A stretch of 63,825 nucleotides of DNA, filler included, from Fonticula-like sp. SCN 57-25 (Eukaryota), in NCBI GenBank assembly GCA_001724245.1. It is 3 parts of 3 records of this genome, joined end to end, with 100 filler letters (N's around TTAATTAATTAA, not from the genome) between each part and the next. Parts side by side here need not be neighbours in the genome. Positions count along the whole stretch, not along the records: positions 1 to 22,961 come from MEDX01000072.1; positions 23,062 to 45,983 come from MEDX01000073.1; 1 more part is not named here. One strand, given 5' to 3'. Positions 12,798-24,725 of this stretch are shown here, in pieces. The position numbers and the translations under genes are program-made. Each line of letters opens with the position of its first letter. The stretch's first letter is position 1. Below the pieces are notes generated by a model that was not told the origin of the DNA, searched no databases, and saw only the letters and a list, made by a program, of their open reading frames with translations.

Positions 12798-13961
12798 ATG
12801 GACGATACTATTCATAAGGAGGCCAAGATGCGCAAGGAGAAGGTACGCGGCCATTTCATGTTTAGAAAAAGAGGGGGAGGCTATTTGCTGTATTATTTGC
12901 TTGATCGATCGGATGCTAAACTTTAAACCCGCTTTTTCTTTAATGCTTTTTAGAAGGGTGGCAAGAAGGCCAAGCTCGAGCAGGTTCTGAACCTGATCAA
13001 GGTGCAGACTGAGGTGGAGCGCGCTATTGCTGAGATGACGGAGGCGTCTTACCAGGCGGGCGTTTCCATTGATCCCGAGACCAACGACGCGTTCATTGTG
13101 CAGGAGGAAGTGCGCCAGCTCGAAGCCGCTCTCAACGACTCCCATGTCCACCTCGCCCGCCTTGATCAAGAGGCGACCGAGCTCCGTGATCTCCTTGGTG
13201 CGTATTTTGGCTTCATAATTGAGGCACATTGAGGGCTATCGAGTTGATTTTATTGATGCTGTGATTACGATTATTTGTGCTGCCTGGTGGCCTGGTCGAA
13301 GATGTTTCACTTTGTTGCTGCTGATGACATCCGCTTTGCTTTTTTCTGCTTCTAACGTTTGCGCTGTAGAGTCCTACAAGGACTACTTGAACCGCCAGTC
13401 GGAGGCCACGGACCAGTTCCAGCACGAGCTCAGCGAGTACCGCTCGCAGAAGTCGGAGCTTATGATGAAGCGCGAGGAGGAGCAGCTTGCCGCCAAGTGT
13501 ACGCAGCACGCATTTGTTTTCCACAGAGGTGATACTAACGTGGCGCTACAGTGGTGCGCCTTGCCGAGGCTCAGCGCGAGGCCGACGACCGCAAGAAGGA
13601 TGCCAACGACCAGCTCGCTCGGTACGCTTGCCGCCGCCGAGTTTGCTTTCATTCGTTGGCGCTGTTCTGACACGTTCTTTGGTTTTATAGCCTTCAGGCT
13701 GAGCGCATTCGTGTCAACCGCCTTAAGCGTGAGGCGGTTGAGAAGCAGCGCGAGGAGGAGGAGCGCCAGCGCCGCGAGGTTGCTCGCGCCGAGATTGCCA
13801 AGGTGATGCAGGAGGAGGGCATTGATGAGAGCACGATGGACCGCGACTGGATTAAGAAGATGCAGCAGTACGGTGCCGGCGCGCGGACCATCCGCGCTCA
13901 GGTCGAGAACAAGAACCCCAGCGTTCTCAACTTCCGTGAGAAGATGCTCAAGTTCATGTAA
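12798..13961 (+). CDS. Coiled-coil protein of unknown function (about 5 exons)
   Basis: Spliced reading MDDTIHKEAKMRKEK|KGGKKAKLEQ...ENKNPSVLNFREKMLKFM*; E/K/R-rich heptads; strongly biased codons. Confidence 0.75.
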
Positions 13962-14312
13962 TTATGCTCTTCCCCTTCATTATTTGCGCGTCCCCCCATC
14001 CATTGTGCATTTTGCTTTCATTCATCCTTCTTTTTCGTTTGGTGCTTTTGCGACGAAAGTCGGCTTTTGTTAGTGCGGATGCTGCGCGTTGTGACAACCA
14101 TTTCGCCCTGTCCCGCTCCTTTTCTTTCTTATTTTGGGTATCCTATTTGGTTATGCGCATGCCCATGCGCTTTCTCGCGGTTTCTTTCGGTAATATACGT
14201 ACTCGTTAAAACATTTTTACGGCCATTTTATTATACACAATTGCTGTGGCCGACCGGCCATAAAAAAGCACATTCAGACGAAATATAATACAAAGTACAC
14301 TGGGAGAATTAG

Positions 14313-14791
14313 CTATTGGGTTTTCGATTTTGCCTTTGCGGCGGCTTTGAGCTGCATAGCCTTGACCTTTGCCATCATGGTGGCCATTCTCACAAGAAAG
14401 AACGTCTATAGCTAGTGTTAGTTGGAGTCGAGCAATAATCTGGAGAGAGTCATACAAGGAGGATGAGGAGGTTCACGATGCAGGGCAGGCCGACAACAGA
14501 GCCAATAAAGACGCCGTTCGCGTCAAAGTAATTTTGGCGAGAGAACTCTCGCCAGTGTTGCGCCCCCATGCTGTTCAGCGGCTGCAGACACAGTCCAAGT
14601 GCGCAGAGCGACACCGTGAGGGCGATCTGCACCGACTGGCTCTTGCGCGTCAGGACGATGAGCATAAACACTACAACATGAAACGAAACAATTGCCTGAA
14701 TCCACCATTCGTCCCAGTCAACCGCGCCATAAAATGCCTTTAGGGACGACAGCCACAGCGAAAGCGGATCGCTCGCTCCTTCGAACGACAT
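14313..14791 (-). CDS. TMEM18: Transmembrane protein 18
   Basis: VDWDEWWI..FH, LN..GAQHWREFSRQNYFDANGVF; basic C-terminal exon ending KAKSKTQ*. Confidence 0.88.
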
Positions 14792-14910
14792 GTTCAGGTA
14801 CAGCAGGACAGGATGGCGGGAGACAACGATTCACTCGAGGGGCAGTAGATTGTAGGGTGTTCATGTATTTTATGCAAACACAAATATTTCCATAGTACAA
14901 GAGCAAAATA

Positions 14911-16806
14911 TTAATCGTCATTCAAGCTGTGTAGGTTAGGAATAGTGCATATCCAATTCTTGCCCGCTGCCATTGCGTACATCCCCTTGGTGCCCGGCAC
15001 ATGGCACGACGCAGTGACCACTGCCTCGGCGGCGATGACGCGAACCAGTTGACCGCTGCCTGCGTCCAGCACAGCTACCTCGGGACGCCCCGGAGAGGGC
15101 GCGATGACGTGCGCCCCCGTGGTATCAAACATCGGATGCGTAATCGTCGACGTCCTGTAGGCACTGGCGCTCGGAGCAAAGGCTTCGAACCAGTCGACAG
15201 CGCCGTCAACCGTGCTGGGCGAAAGATTGCTAGTGCTTATGACGCCGCCGTTCACATGCGCCTGCGTCGCCATACTAATCCGCTGTGCGCGAATGTCAAA
15301 CATCGCAAGGATACCGTCAAACCCTGTTGAGAGGACGCGCGAGCCGCAGGGACTGAAGCTCACGCTATTGACAGCTCCACCGTGCGCGCGGTACGTGGCG
15401 ATCGGTGCGCTGACGGTGGATACGCGCGCGTCAAAGAGACGCACCAGCTGATCATTACCGCAAGCAGCAACCACGTTGCGGGAATGCTTGTCCCAGCGCG
15501 CGCACTTTAACACCGACGACGAGGCGTGCGGAATTGTGCGGACGATCTGCAGCGCCGACTCGGCGACTCGCAGAAAACCAATACCGCCGTCCTTGGACGC
15601 CGTCACAATGTCATGCCCTGCACTGTCCAGCGAAAAAACACCCGCTTCGTGCAACGCGCCGCGGTCAAGGCGAGAGAGCGGCGTCACTGACACGCTGCCG
15701 TCATCTTCACTGTCCTTCAGGAACGCACTCGATAGAAGCACCGTCCCGTCGTCTGCGCAGGACACAAGGAGATGCTTGGCGTCACTGCCGGCCGAATGGT
15801 CGCTAAGAAACTGCGCTTCGCCAATCCAGCGCGCGTGCAGCTTGGCAGAACCCGCATAGGCGCCTCCTGCTCCATCGCTGTCAGGTGCCCGGAAAAAAGA
15901 CACACTGCCCTGCCCGCCCGCGGCTGAGAGCCACTGGCCGTCCGGCGATGCTGACAGCGAGTACACCGCGTGACGGTGTCCACTCAACTCCACGGCGCCG
16001 TGCGCGTTGGTTACGGGAAAGCGCGAAAGGCCATCCAGCCACTGGTCGCGCGAGCCCACCGCAATAGCGTCGCCCAGCGGCGCAACCACGGGCCGAGCAT
16101 GCTGGTCAGCGGCATCCCACTCTATCGACGGCGCCGAGCTGCCACCAGCGGTACCGCCGCTGGTGATGCTGTCTAACCGCGAGCTGCGGCGCAGCGGCAT
16201 TGCCAGCGCCGGTGAAGCAAACACGGTGCGACGAGCTGGGCGACGAGGTGCAGTAGAGGCCGCGGCCGAGCCTGACATTAGGGCTCCTGCGCCCGGCAAA
16301 AGACCGAGGCTACGTAACATCTCATTATTCTTCTCGATATTAAGCTGACGCTCGCGTTCATAGTCACTTTCAAGCATTGCTGAGCCGCTGGAGCTCGAGT
16401 TGACGTCGGCGCTGTTGTCATCAGGCAGCTCGAGGCGGCGAGATGCAGCCGGGCGGCGGGTCACGGCGATCGACACAGGGGAAGCGGGGGAGGCGGGAGA
16501 GGCGGGCGACACGGGCGAGGCGGGCACGGCGGGCGAAAGAGGTAAACGCCGCGGCGACCTCCGCGGACTCCTATCCTGATCGCCACCTCCCGTCTTGGCG
16601 CTCATCACACGAGGCGATCTCCGGGTGGGCTCCTGGCTCAGACCTTTCTCTGCGACCGGATCCTCGCGCACTCGCTTGCGCAGCGGTGCAGCAACAGGCG
16701 TCACGGGAGACGTCACAGAAACGGGTTGTGGCACTTCATTTGGCGTGGGCTTGACCGACGCAGCCGTCGAGCCGCCGCTCAGCCATCGATCGAGCAGGGT
16801 CGACAT
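14911..16806 (-). CDS. WDR76: WD40 repeat protein, WDR76/Cmr1-like
   Basis: SDYERERQLNIEKNNEMLRSLGL N-terminal motif followed by a WD40 propeller; single exon. Confidence 0.65.
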   Translation of the reverse strand: MSTLLDRWLSGGSTAASVKPTPNEVPQPVSVTSPVTPVAAPLRKRVREDPVAEKGLSQEPTRRSPRVMSAKTGGGDQDRSPRRSPRRLPLSPAVPASPVSPASPASPASPVSIAVTRRPAASRRLELPDDNSADVNSSSSGSAMLESDYERERQLNIEKNNEMLRSLGLLPGAGALMSGSAAASTAPRRPARRTVFASPALAMPLRRSSRLDSITSGGTAGGSSAPSIEWDAADQHARPVVAPLGDAIAVGSRDQWLDGLSRFPVTNAHGAVELSGHRHAVYSLSASPDGQWLSAAGGQGSVSFFRAPDSDGAGGAYAGSAKLHARWIGEAQFLSDHSAGSDAKHLLVSCADDGTVLLSSAFLKDSEDDGSVSVTPLSRLDRGALHEAGVFSLDSAGHDIVTASKDGGIGFLRVAESALQIVRTIPHASSSVLKCARWDKHSRNVVAACGNDQLVRLFDARVSTVSAPIATYRAHGGAVNSVSFSPCGSRVLSTGFDGILAMFDIRAQRISMATQAHVNGGVISTSNLSPSTVDGAVDWFEAFAPSASAYRTSTITHPMFDTTGAHVIAPSPGRPEVAVLDAGSGQLVRVIAAEAVVTASCHVPGTKGMYAMAAGKNWICTIPNLHSLNDD

Positions 16807-16926
16807 GACAGAGTGGCGCACCGAGAGCGAGTGTTCAATTTTTGGCGCGCTTTCTGGCCGATATCACGTGATTATCGCTTGCATATGACAGCAGGTGCGT
16901 TCGTCAACCTTGATCCACGCACGAGA

Positions 16927-18120
16927 ATGCAGCGGAAGCGGGATCTCAGCAAGGTAGAAGAACACAGCGACCACCGTCGTGTTCGCAGTTTTGACAAGAA
17001 AGTTTCTCGGAAGGTGTGTTTTATGAGAGGGTGGTGAGTGTTACTTACGTTGCTCTTAATGTAGGTTCGTCACCTGCTGACCTACGACGAGCTTGAGCCA
17101 TGGCGTCGCGATAATGAGTGGATTCTCACCGGATACCGTGTGTCTGAGGGGACCTATGCCGCATGCGTTGAGAGTTTGTTTTACATTCATAATGAGACCG
17201 GCAACATCATGAGCCACTTGATAGGCGCCGGCATTTTCGTTGCACTTTCCTTTTACGTATATGGCTGGCTTCTTGCGGAAGCCCTTTTGTGGGACAAGAT
17301 CATTTTTATGTTTTTCCTGCTGAGCGCCATCGGGTGCATGGGTATCAGCGGCCTTTTCCATCTTTTTTCGTGCGGATCGCTGCTGGCGCCCACGACTACC
17401 AACTAACAGTGTGACTTTGCAGATCGCATTCTGAGGCGACGTGCGCGGTGTGGAACCGCGGCGACTACCTCGGCATTGTGATGCTTATCGTCGGCTCGGC
17501 CTCGCCGTCCATTTACTACTCGTTTCACTGCGAGCCGTACCTCCAGTTTGCGTATATGGCGCTGATGTTGGTGCTGGGTGCGGCCGTGGTTCCTTTTATC
17601 CTCCTCCCTCGGTTCAACACGCCGCAGTACAGAACGTTCCGCGCGACGCTCTTTGTCCTCCTCGGGAGCTCCGGCATCATCCCAACAATCCACTCGGTTC
17701 TTTCGCTTGGCTTTGTCGAGGCGACCAAAGCGGTACGCGAGGCGCGTGCTTTTAGCCGAAGAGGCGCCTGACGTCTTGGCTCGCTTTTAGGGTGCGCTCG
17801 AGCATATGGCGACTATGGGTCTCTTCTATCTTGTCGGCGCGTGGCTCTACGCCGCGCGGCTTCCTGAGCGACACTTCCCGGGCGCATTTGACATCTGGTT
17901 CCACTCGCACCAGATTTTCCACTACTGCGTGTTTGCAGCGGCCGCAGTGCACTTTATCGGCCTCATCACTGCGTTCCAGTGGCACCGCGAGAACTCGTGC
18001 GAGATGCGATCGGAAGCAACCGCCGCTCTTCTCAGGAATATTCAGATTCTTGCTCACGACGCCAAGGATTTACTGCACGAGGCAAAGGACACATTCCGCG
18101 ACATGACCCATGGCGCATAG
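16927..18120 (+). CDS. PAQR / adiponectin-receptor family 7TM protein
   Basis: DNEWILTGYR, HNETGNIMSH, SGLFH, DYLGI, PERHFPGAFDIWFHSHQIFH motifs; 3 introns. Confidence 0.93.
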
Positions 18121-18697
18121 ACCTTCAATGCCAACGTGGCCGGGGACAGCCTGGGCATTGCTATTTTGGTATTTTTGTAAGAAACTTTTGCACTTTGTCA
18201 CAGATGACGTCGTGATTTGGCTCGGGCCACGTTATTGCACTACAGTATATGACTTATGCGCTCTATGTATTGCTGCTTACTACTCCTTTCATGATCAACT
18301 ATAATACAGGCCTTGTGAACACTATCCATACCTTAAGAGACGCACAAGTTTCTGAAATTGAAACGGCGTCGTTTTATGCACCGATATGGCTAAAGCGACC
18401 CATATCGGCAAATTGGCACACAGCGCCCCAAAAACGTTTGGCTACAATTCGTGCATGGCATCTTCTTGCAACGATAAGCTTTGCAGGTGTCGCATTTGTG
18501 TGCGGTCAACGGAAAAGTTCCAACCGGTAACACGTTCATTTTCATCCGATACTCTGTCCTGACTCCATGTCTTTATCACAAGGTTACGATGACAAGCATA
18601 CGAATCAGGGGTGTATAACTTCCACCAATCACGGCCGACTTGCATCCGACAGATTGACAAACAGTTGGAACTGCCAGGCGAGCAAATCACTGCAAAC

Positions 18698-19593
18698 ATG
18701 TCGCCGCTGGTCTGGCAGCAGGTTGAAAGCGACCGCCCCTTGCACTGCCTCGTCGTGGCGAATGACGGATCAAATTGGGCCACAACTCCCAACGACCAGA
18801 TCCTGTTTCGAGAGACCGCGACATCCCCGTGGGTTGTGCTGGATGGCGCCTGTGTTACCGTCAGGGTGTCCTCTGGCGGTAACGTGTTCTGTCTGAACCG
18901 CACGGGGAACCTTTACTACCGCGAGGGCATCAGTTATTCTTGCCCTCAGGGAAACCACTGGGCGCCCATCACTGGCAGCCCGACACTGCTCGACTTCGGT
19001 GTAGCCAATGGCGTCCTCTGGGTGATCGACACGGCCCAGCGCATCCTCTTCCGTGAGGGTATCACTATGGAAAACCCCAAGGGTACGCAATATCGCATCC
19101 AATACGGCTGAATGTATAACCATACGCTGGCTCTGTATAGGAACAAGCTTTTCGGCAATTGACGGTTTGGTATGCCGCGCGGTTTATTCGCGAGACTGGC
19201 ACTAATCGCCCATTCGTAGCTGACGCGTATTGCTGTCGGAAGCGACGGCCAAATGTACGGCATCAATCAGCAGGACCAGATTTGGCACCGTGCTGGAATT
19301 ACACGCTCCTCGCCAAAGGGGACAAACTGGGCTCCTGTGCAGGGATCCTTGACTGCCATTGCCGCTGGGCGGGGGTTCGCGTTTGGCGCTGATGCATACA
19401 AGCGCCTGTGGCGCATCAGGCAAGGTAATGTTTCCATGTGGCCGGTATTCTTGCTAACGGGGGGTGTGTAGGTAACCAGTTCACTGAGCTGCATGGACCG
19501 GTACGCAGCGCGCTTCAGATCAACGATATGTCCGTCATTGTGGGCAAAGACGAGGCTCAGCGCTTTATGTGGGCGAAACTGCCCACTCAGTAA
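18698..19593 (+). CDS. Tectonin-type beta-propeller lectin-like protein
   Basis: Repeated blades: VFCLNRTGNLYYREGISYSCPQGNHW, LWVIDTAQRILFREGITMENPKG, MYGINQQDQIWHRAGITRSSPKGTNW. Two short introns; no signal peptide. Confidence 0.8.
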
Positions 19594-19701
19594 GTGTTGT
19601 GCAATTGCTACGATAAACCTTGTTAAAGCAATTATACTGCTATCCATGATACCAACAAATACGAAATGCTATACAAATAAGCCGAGTAATGTTGTGCGAG
19701 G

Positions 19702-21340
19702 CTAATCAACGGCGTAAAGGGCCGGCGGCAGGACACCGGAGATGACGCGGGCGCCCTCGAAAAAGTCGAGAACCTCGGGAGGCGCTGCCGGTGCTGTGAA
19801 CACGTCGTCGGGTCCGATGAGTTGAAGGCATAGTCGGAAGAGTGTTGCCGGTTGCTGGCCGTCCAGGACTGGTGCGGCGTCGGTCACATCCACAGAATGG
19901 ACGTGCCATAAGAATTGAAACTGCTTCGTTCCCGGCATTCCAAGGCCACTCGCGTCGTTCACCACGCGGTGCTGAAAGCAGTACTTTGGAATCACTAGTC
20001 CAGTCCTCTCGTCAATATCTACGCAGTTGATCAGATGAAACAATTCGGTCTGCAACAGCGCATCGCACCGCCGTCCGCGGGGTGCCCAAACCCATGACCA
20101 ATCGAAGCCGTCGAAGGTGACCATGCAAATATGCCAAAACCAAGCTGCATCGCGGGTGGCCAAAATGGTGGCATGACTCCGCGCCCAGCAGTTGCCATGT
20201 GAACGCGCCCGGCGCCAATAAACTTCCAAACTTTGCCCAGAATGCCTCGTTTGAACCCCACATTGTCGATGGGGCCCCGCAGTGCCTTGTACCTTTTTGC
20301 AAACGGCGGTAACACGGCTTCCTCTTGATAGCCAAGAGTAAGCACGTTGGAAGAAATAAATGAATGGATGTTGCGACCGGATGGCTGAAAGCGTTGCATG
20401 CGAAGTCGTGTTACAGTGTCTCTTGCTGCCCGCCCGATACTCACTCCAGTAAGCAACGACAATGCGTATCGAGATTCCGCAAAGTACACATGGCCGTTGT
20501 GTACACCGGATGAAACCAGGCGACCAGCAATTCGGATTCGCGATAGATCACAAGGTGGCACGGGGCAGGAAGTGAGGCAAGCACGCGGCCAGATTCCCGG
20601 GCTAGCAAGCGGCGTTGCTGCAGCGCAAACAGTCAGTCTAGAGTACACATTTGCCGCTCCTGGATAAAAACTCCCAAACGTACCTAAAGAGGACAGAAAA
20701 TGATAATCGTGAGTTGTACTTGCAGGAAAGGGTTCATCCGTTGGGTTCGAGGACGGCGCGGGTCGGCGGGGCGGCAATACTGGAGGCACAGTGTGGAGTC
20801 CGAGGAGAACGTCCAATGCCTGCCAGCGGCACCCATCAAACAGCGCCAGCAAATGACGCCAGGTCACGCTCCTCGCTTCGATTGTCTGGTTTTCACCTCC
20901 ATAATCATCATCATCGAGCTCACGCGACAGTAGTGGCAGGCGCCATGCTTGCGTTGTAAGGCCGTCCAGTGGAGTGTTCGGTGAACGAAGAAGACATTCA
21001 ATAGAGGGTGGTTCACGATATATTTGCCTGGTCCGCGTGCATGTTAGCAAGAAGTGGAACGGGAAGGTGGGGCGCACTGTCCAGATAAGCACCGGTACAG
21101 AACCCACAACAAGTGGTTCGTCAGCATCGACTGTGCAGTCCGACATGTTGCGCCGAGACAGCTCATTGACCGAGCATCCATAAACTTGAACAGCGTCCAT
21201 AATACGAGGTCTGGAAGATGTAGGAGAAAAATTGACGAACTTGGCGTTGTTGAGCGGCCGCGAAGGCGCGGCAGAGTAAGCCCGCGCCGTGATTTAAGCG
21301 TCTGCGCTGACGAGCGCTCGAAACGCTTTGCTCCAGGCAT
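19702..21340 (-). CDS. F-box protein with uncharacterised C-terminal region (multi-exon)
   Basis: LLHLPDLVLWTLFKFMDARSMSCLGATCR..LW is an F-box consensus. It splices into QIYREPP and later exons ending at 19702. Internal boundaries are approximate. Confidence 0.65.
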
Positions 21341-22961
21341 GAACAAGGCCGCAGACACTTTATAACAAGACCATCAACAAGCAAAGAAGTGCATAACCAA
21401 ACAGCGACAATGAACGACAGCGATCGTCGCAGGGAGCTGTTGGCGATCACGTCATGTCGTTCAAGGGGCTAAGGACTGTCGCCCTCTCGGCGTGTTGTGC
21501 TGACATGATGAAAGGTGTTGATTGGTCGTTCCGACTGTCAGCTAAACGATTATGACATACCGGTATCTCGCGTACCTGTCGTATACCTGTCGCACCTGTC
21601 GTGTACTGACCGTGTATGGTAGGCATGGGTACAATAGACTTGAGAAATGTCATGCATGCATAACGGTTAACATGATTACGCTGTGATTATGGTAATTCTG
21701 CTATGATACCCTGCGGCGCTTGTAATCTATTCGTATGACCTTTTGTATTATGCGATCTTGTCGAGAACTCCTGCGTACAACAGTCAAGTGTGACGCTATC
21801 AAGCTCAAACTTCGCTCTCGCATTCACATACTACCAAACGTAGTTGAGCTACATCGAAGCATACCTATCTGCTGCTTCGAGAACGCAGAGTACAGGAGCC
21901 AGTCCGCGTGTACCTTTTGGATTGCGCAATACCCCGTGCACTCGGAGGCAATGATTCAAGGCGCACGAGCGTTGTTGGCATCATCTCTTGCCATTATTGA
22001 ACTAGGCCTGATCATCGACAGTTATTAGCTGTACTATTCCACTGATATACACTAAAAGCGATACATGTCGGCTTCATCGAGGTGTTTCCGTAGCAGATTG
22101 CTCGGGGTCCGGGGAGAACGTCAAATGGACATTAGGGTGGTGTTTGAAGCCCATGTCGACAATTGCGATGCACTTGCTAGACGGTTCTCGTAGGCTCCTA
22201 TGGTTCTTTTCAACCGTGCAACGGTGCTAGTCCTGTCAGTGCGGGACTGCTTAAAGTTGGGCATTCGCATGCAATTGCGGATGCTGCTTGCACTGTACAG
22301 CGCATTAAACTGCGCGACCCAGCCTGCTCATTGTTTAAGCGTCGCTGGTTGCTGGTAAACCGCTGTGTGGGGTGCTTGGCAGGCGAAACCTTCTGGCGAG
22401 CACTGCAATATCATCATAGCTCTAGGTTTAGTGAATCAATGTACATAATTGTGATTGCGCAAATTTTGTGAGTAGCTTAGTTTATGTTATTAGTAGTAAT
22501 ACTGTGCAGCGCAAAATCGGAAATTGCTGTACAGTGTTTGGGTAGGCCCGGCGCACTGGTTGTGAGATACCGGGGTGTTCAAAGGTGGTATAGTACTGCA
22601 TCCGCTGCTGTTGTGTTGAAGGAGGGGGCGCGGCGGATGCAATGATTGCAATGAGCGCCTTGTGGCCAGTCAGATGTGCAACGCATCACACTGTCAAGGA
22701 GAAGCGACGATGGTGGTGGTGGTGGTGGCATTGAATTCGTGTGGTCAGCGCTATGGTGTAGTACTTACCATGCGCGATGCATTGATCCCGTCCCATGGTG
22801 TATAAGTACAACAGTGCGCGATGCATTTGACAGTATGCCGAGCTTGTATTGCAACGTTAAGGAAAGAACACAAGAGAACGAGGTGCCACGAGGCAATTCA
22901 CAGCATATATACAAAAGGCCCAGCCAGTCGGAGATAAGCTATGAGGCGTTACGCTGTCCTA

Positions 22962-23061
22962 NNNNNNNNNNNNNNNNNNNNNNNNNNNNNNNNNNNNNNN
23001 NNNNNTTAATTAATTAANNNNNNNNNNNNNNNNNNNNNNNNNNNNNNNNNNNNNNNNNNNN
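22962..23061. other. Artificial contig-joining spacer (N44-TTAATTAATTAA-N44)
   Basis: 100 nt with a six-frame stop linker at 23006-23017. Confidence 0.97.
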
Positions 23062-23392
23062 GTCGCCGGCCACCACAACCTTCACGGCGGGCGACTCTGA
23101 CGTGCAGACAACAAGATGCTCGCCGGACGGCGACCAAGCAAGGCATGTTACCTCAGTTTCACCTGCAGACACTTCATATAGAGTGGTGAAAGTGCCTGTC
23201 TTCAAGATCCGCAGGGTGCCGTCGGCGCCGCCAATGGCCACACTCGCTCCATCCGGCGCGATGGCGCAGCGCACAACCTGTAACGATTCGTGAGTCTCCG
23301 AGTTGTGAGAGAAAATAAAGTCGCCTTACGTTCATCCCAAGGTCTCCATACGTCTCCGTGCCTTCCGCAAGACGCTCTGGTTTTCGTTGCAT
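23062..23392 (-). CDS. WD40 repeat protein, 5' part (truncated by contig end)
   Basis: MQRKPE..GMN|VVRCAIAPDGASVAIGGADGTLRI..VTCLAWSPSGEHL. Confidence 0.7.
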
Positions 23393-23539
23393 TTTGACTG
23401 CCACAGTGCCAGGAAGTTCAGGAACGAACCAACAATCGAACAACAAAATTTGAAACCAATCGACAAAAAAAACCAAACAATCGATGGAAAGCAATCAAAC
23501 AGTCATCTTTCAGCAGAGCGAGTCTTATCAAGCCCATTA

Positions 23540-24504
23540 ATGTCGCGGTCGCCGTTCATCATTGGCGTCGCGGGCGGTACGGCGTCCGGCAAGACGTCCG
23601 TGTGCCATGCGGTCATGTCGCAGATCTCGTCGTCCTCGGGCGGCGATTCGTCACAGGTGGTCCTCATCAGCATGGACAGTTTCTACCGCGTGCTGTCCGA
23701 GGATGCCCTCGAGCGCGCGTACGCGGGCGAGTACAACTTTGACCACCCGGACGCCTTTGACTGGGACTTGCTGTACGCGGCACTGGACGACATTCGGAGC
23801 GGGCGGCCGACGCTTATCCCGACGTACTGCTTTGTGACGCACAGCCGCCTCGAGACAACGACCCTGGTCAGCGCGCCGTCCGTCGTCCTCATCGAGGGGC
23901 TACTGATCCTCTTTGACAAGTACGAACGCGTTATTTTGACTATTTGTCAAGTCTTTTAGGGCTTTTTTGTGAGTTTTATGTAATTCTTTGTTGTTTTTTA
24001 AGTATGTTTTCATGTTTGGAATGCCTGTGCTGACCGTCAATCTGCAGGCGGATCCGCGACATGCTCTCGATGGCCATCTTTACCGACGAAGACTCTGACA
24101 CGCGGCTCGCCCGCCGCAGTACGCCCTATTCCCTTTTTCTTGCTCTGCTGATCTCCCGCTCGCAGCCAAGCGCGACCTGACCGAACGCGGCCGCGACGTC
24201 GCCTCCGTCATCAAGCAGTACCTCGCCTTTGTCAAGCCCGCCTTTGACGAGTACATTTTCCCAACAAAGAAATATGCTGATGTCATTCTTCCGCGCGGAA
24301 AGGAGAACAATGGTGCGCCACCTGGCCGCTTTTCTTTCCTTCTCTGACCCCTTTGCAGTGGCGATCGACATCATCGTGCAGCACATTGACGACGTCCTAA
24401 AGGAGCGCGCTGGCCCGCGCAAGGCCGTCGTCGACCCCGTGGCAATGCTCGCGCGCGTCGGCGGCAGCGTCAAGCAGCTCGAGTACGCCGAGATCTCGCA
24501 GTAG
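23540..24504 (+). CDS. UCK: Uridine-cytidine kinase
   Basis: [17 protein letters not shown]-loop, [32 protein letters not shown]; 3 introns. Confidence 0.95.
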
Positions 24505-24725
24505 CAGTGGCCATTTCGTGTGTAATATGTAATACTAGTCGTGTTTATTTGGAAATGCGAGCGCCCAAGTCGCCCATATTGGCCCAATTGACGAAACAAA
24601 AAAAAGTCTGAAGTCGACCTTTCACAGCACAAAACAAACGAAAACGCAAAGCCGGCGGGCCTATTCGATGAAACAACGCAAAAGAAAGGAAAAGAAAAAC
24701 AAACCCAGGGACAAGCCAAAAGGGC

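Noticed and set aside
22962-23061. TTAATTAATTAA palindrome flanked by Ns (also at 45984-46083)
   Set aside because: Identical 100-nt design with stops in all six frames. It is an assembly/concatenation linker, not biology, and gene neighbourhoods across it are meaningless.
23062-23392. Assignment of the truncated WD40 gene to SEC12/PREB or another specific family
   Set aside because: Only about two blades are visible, which is not diagnostic.
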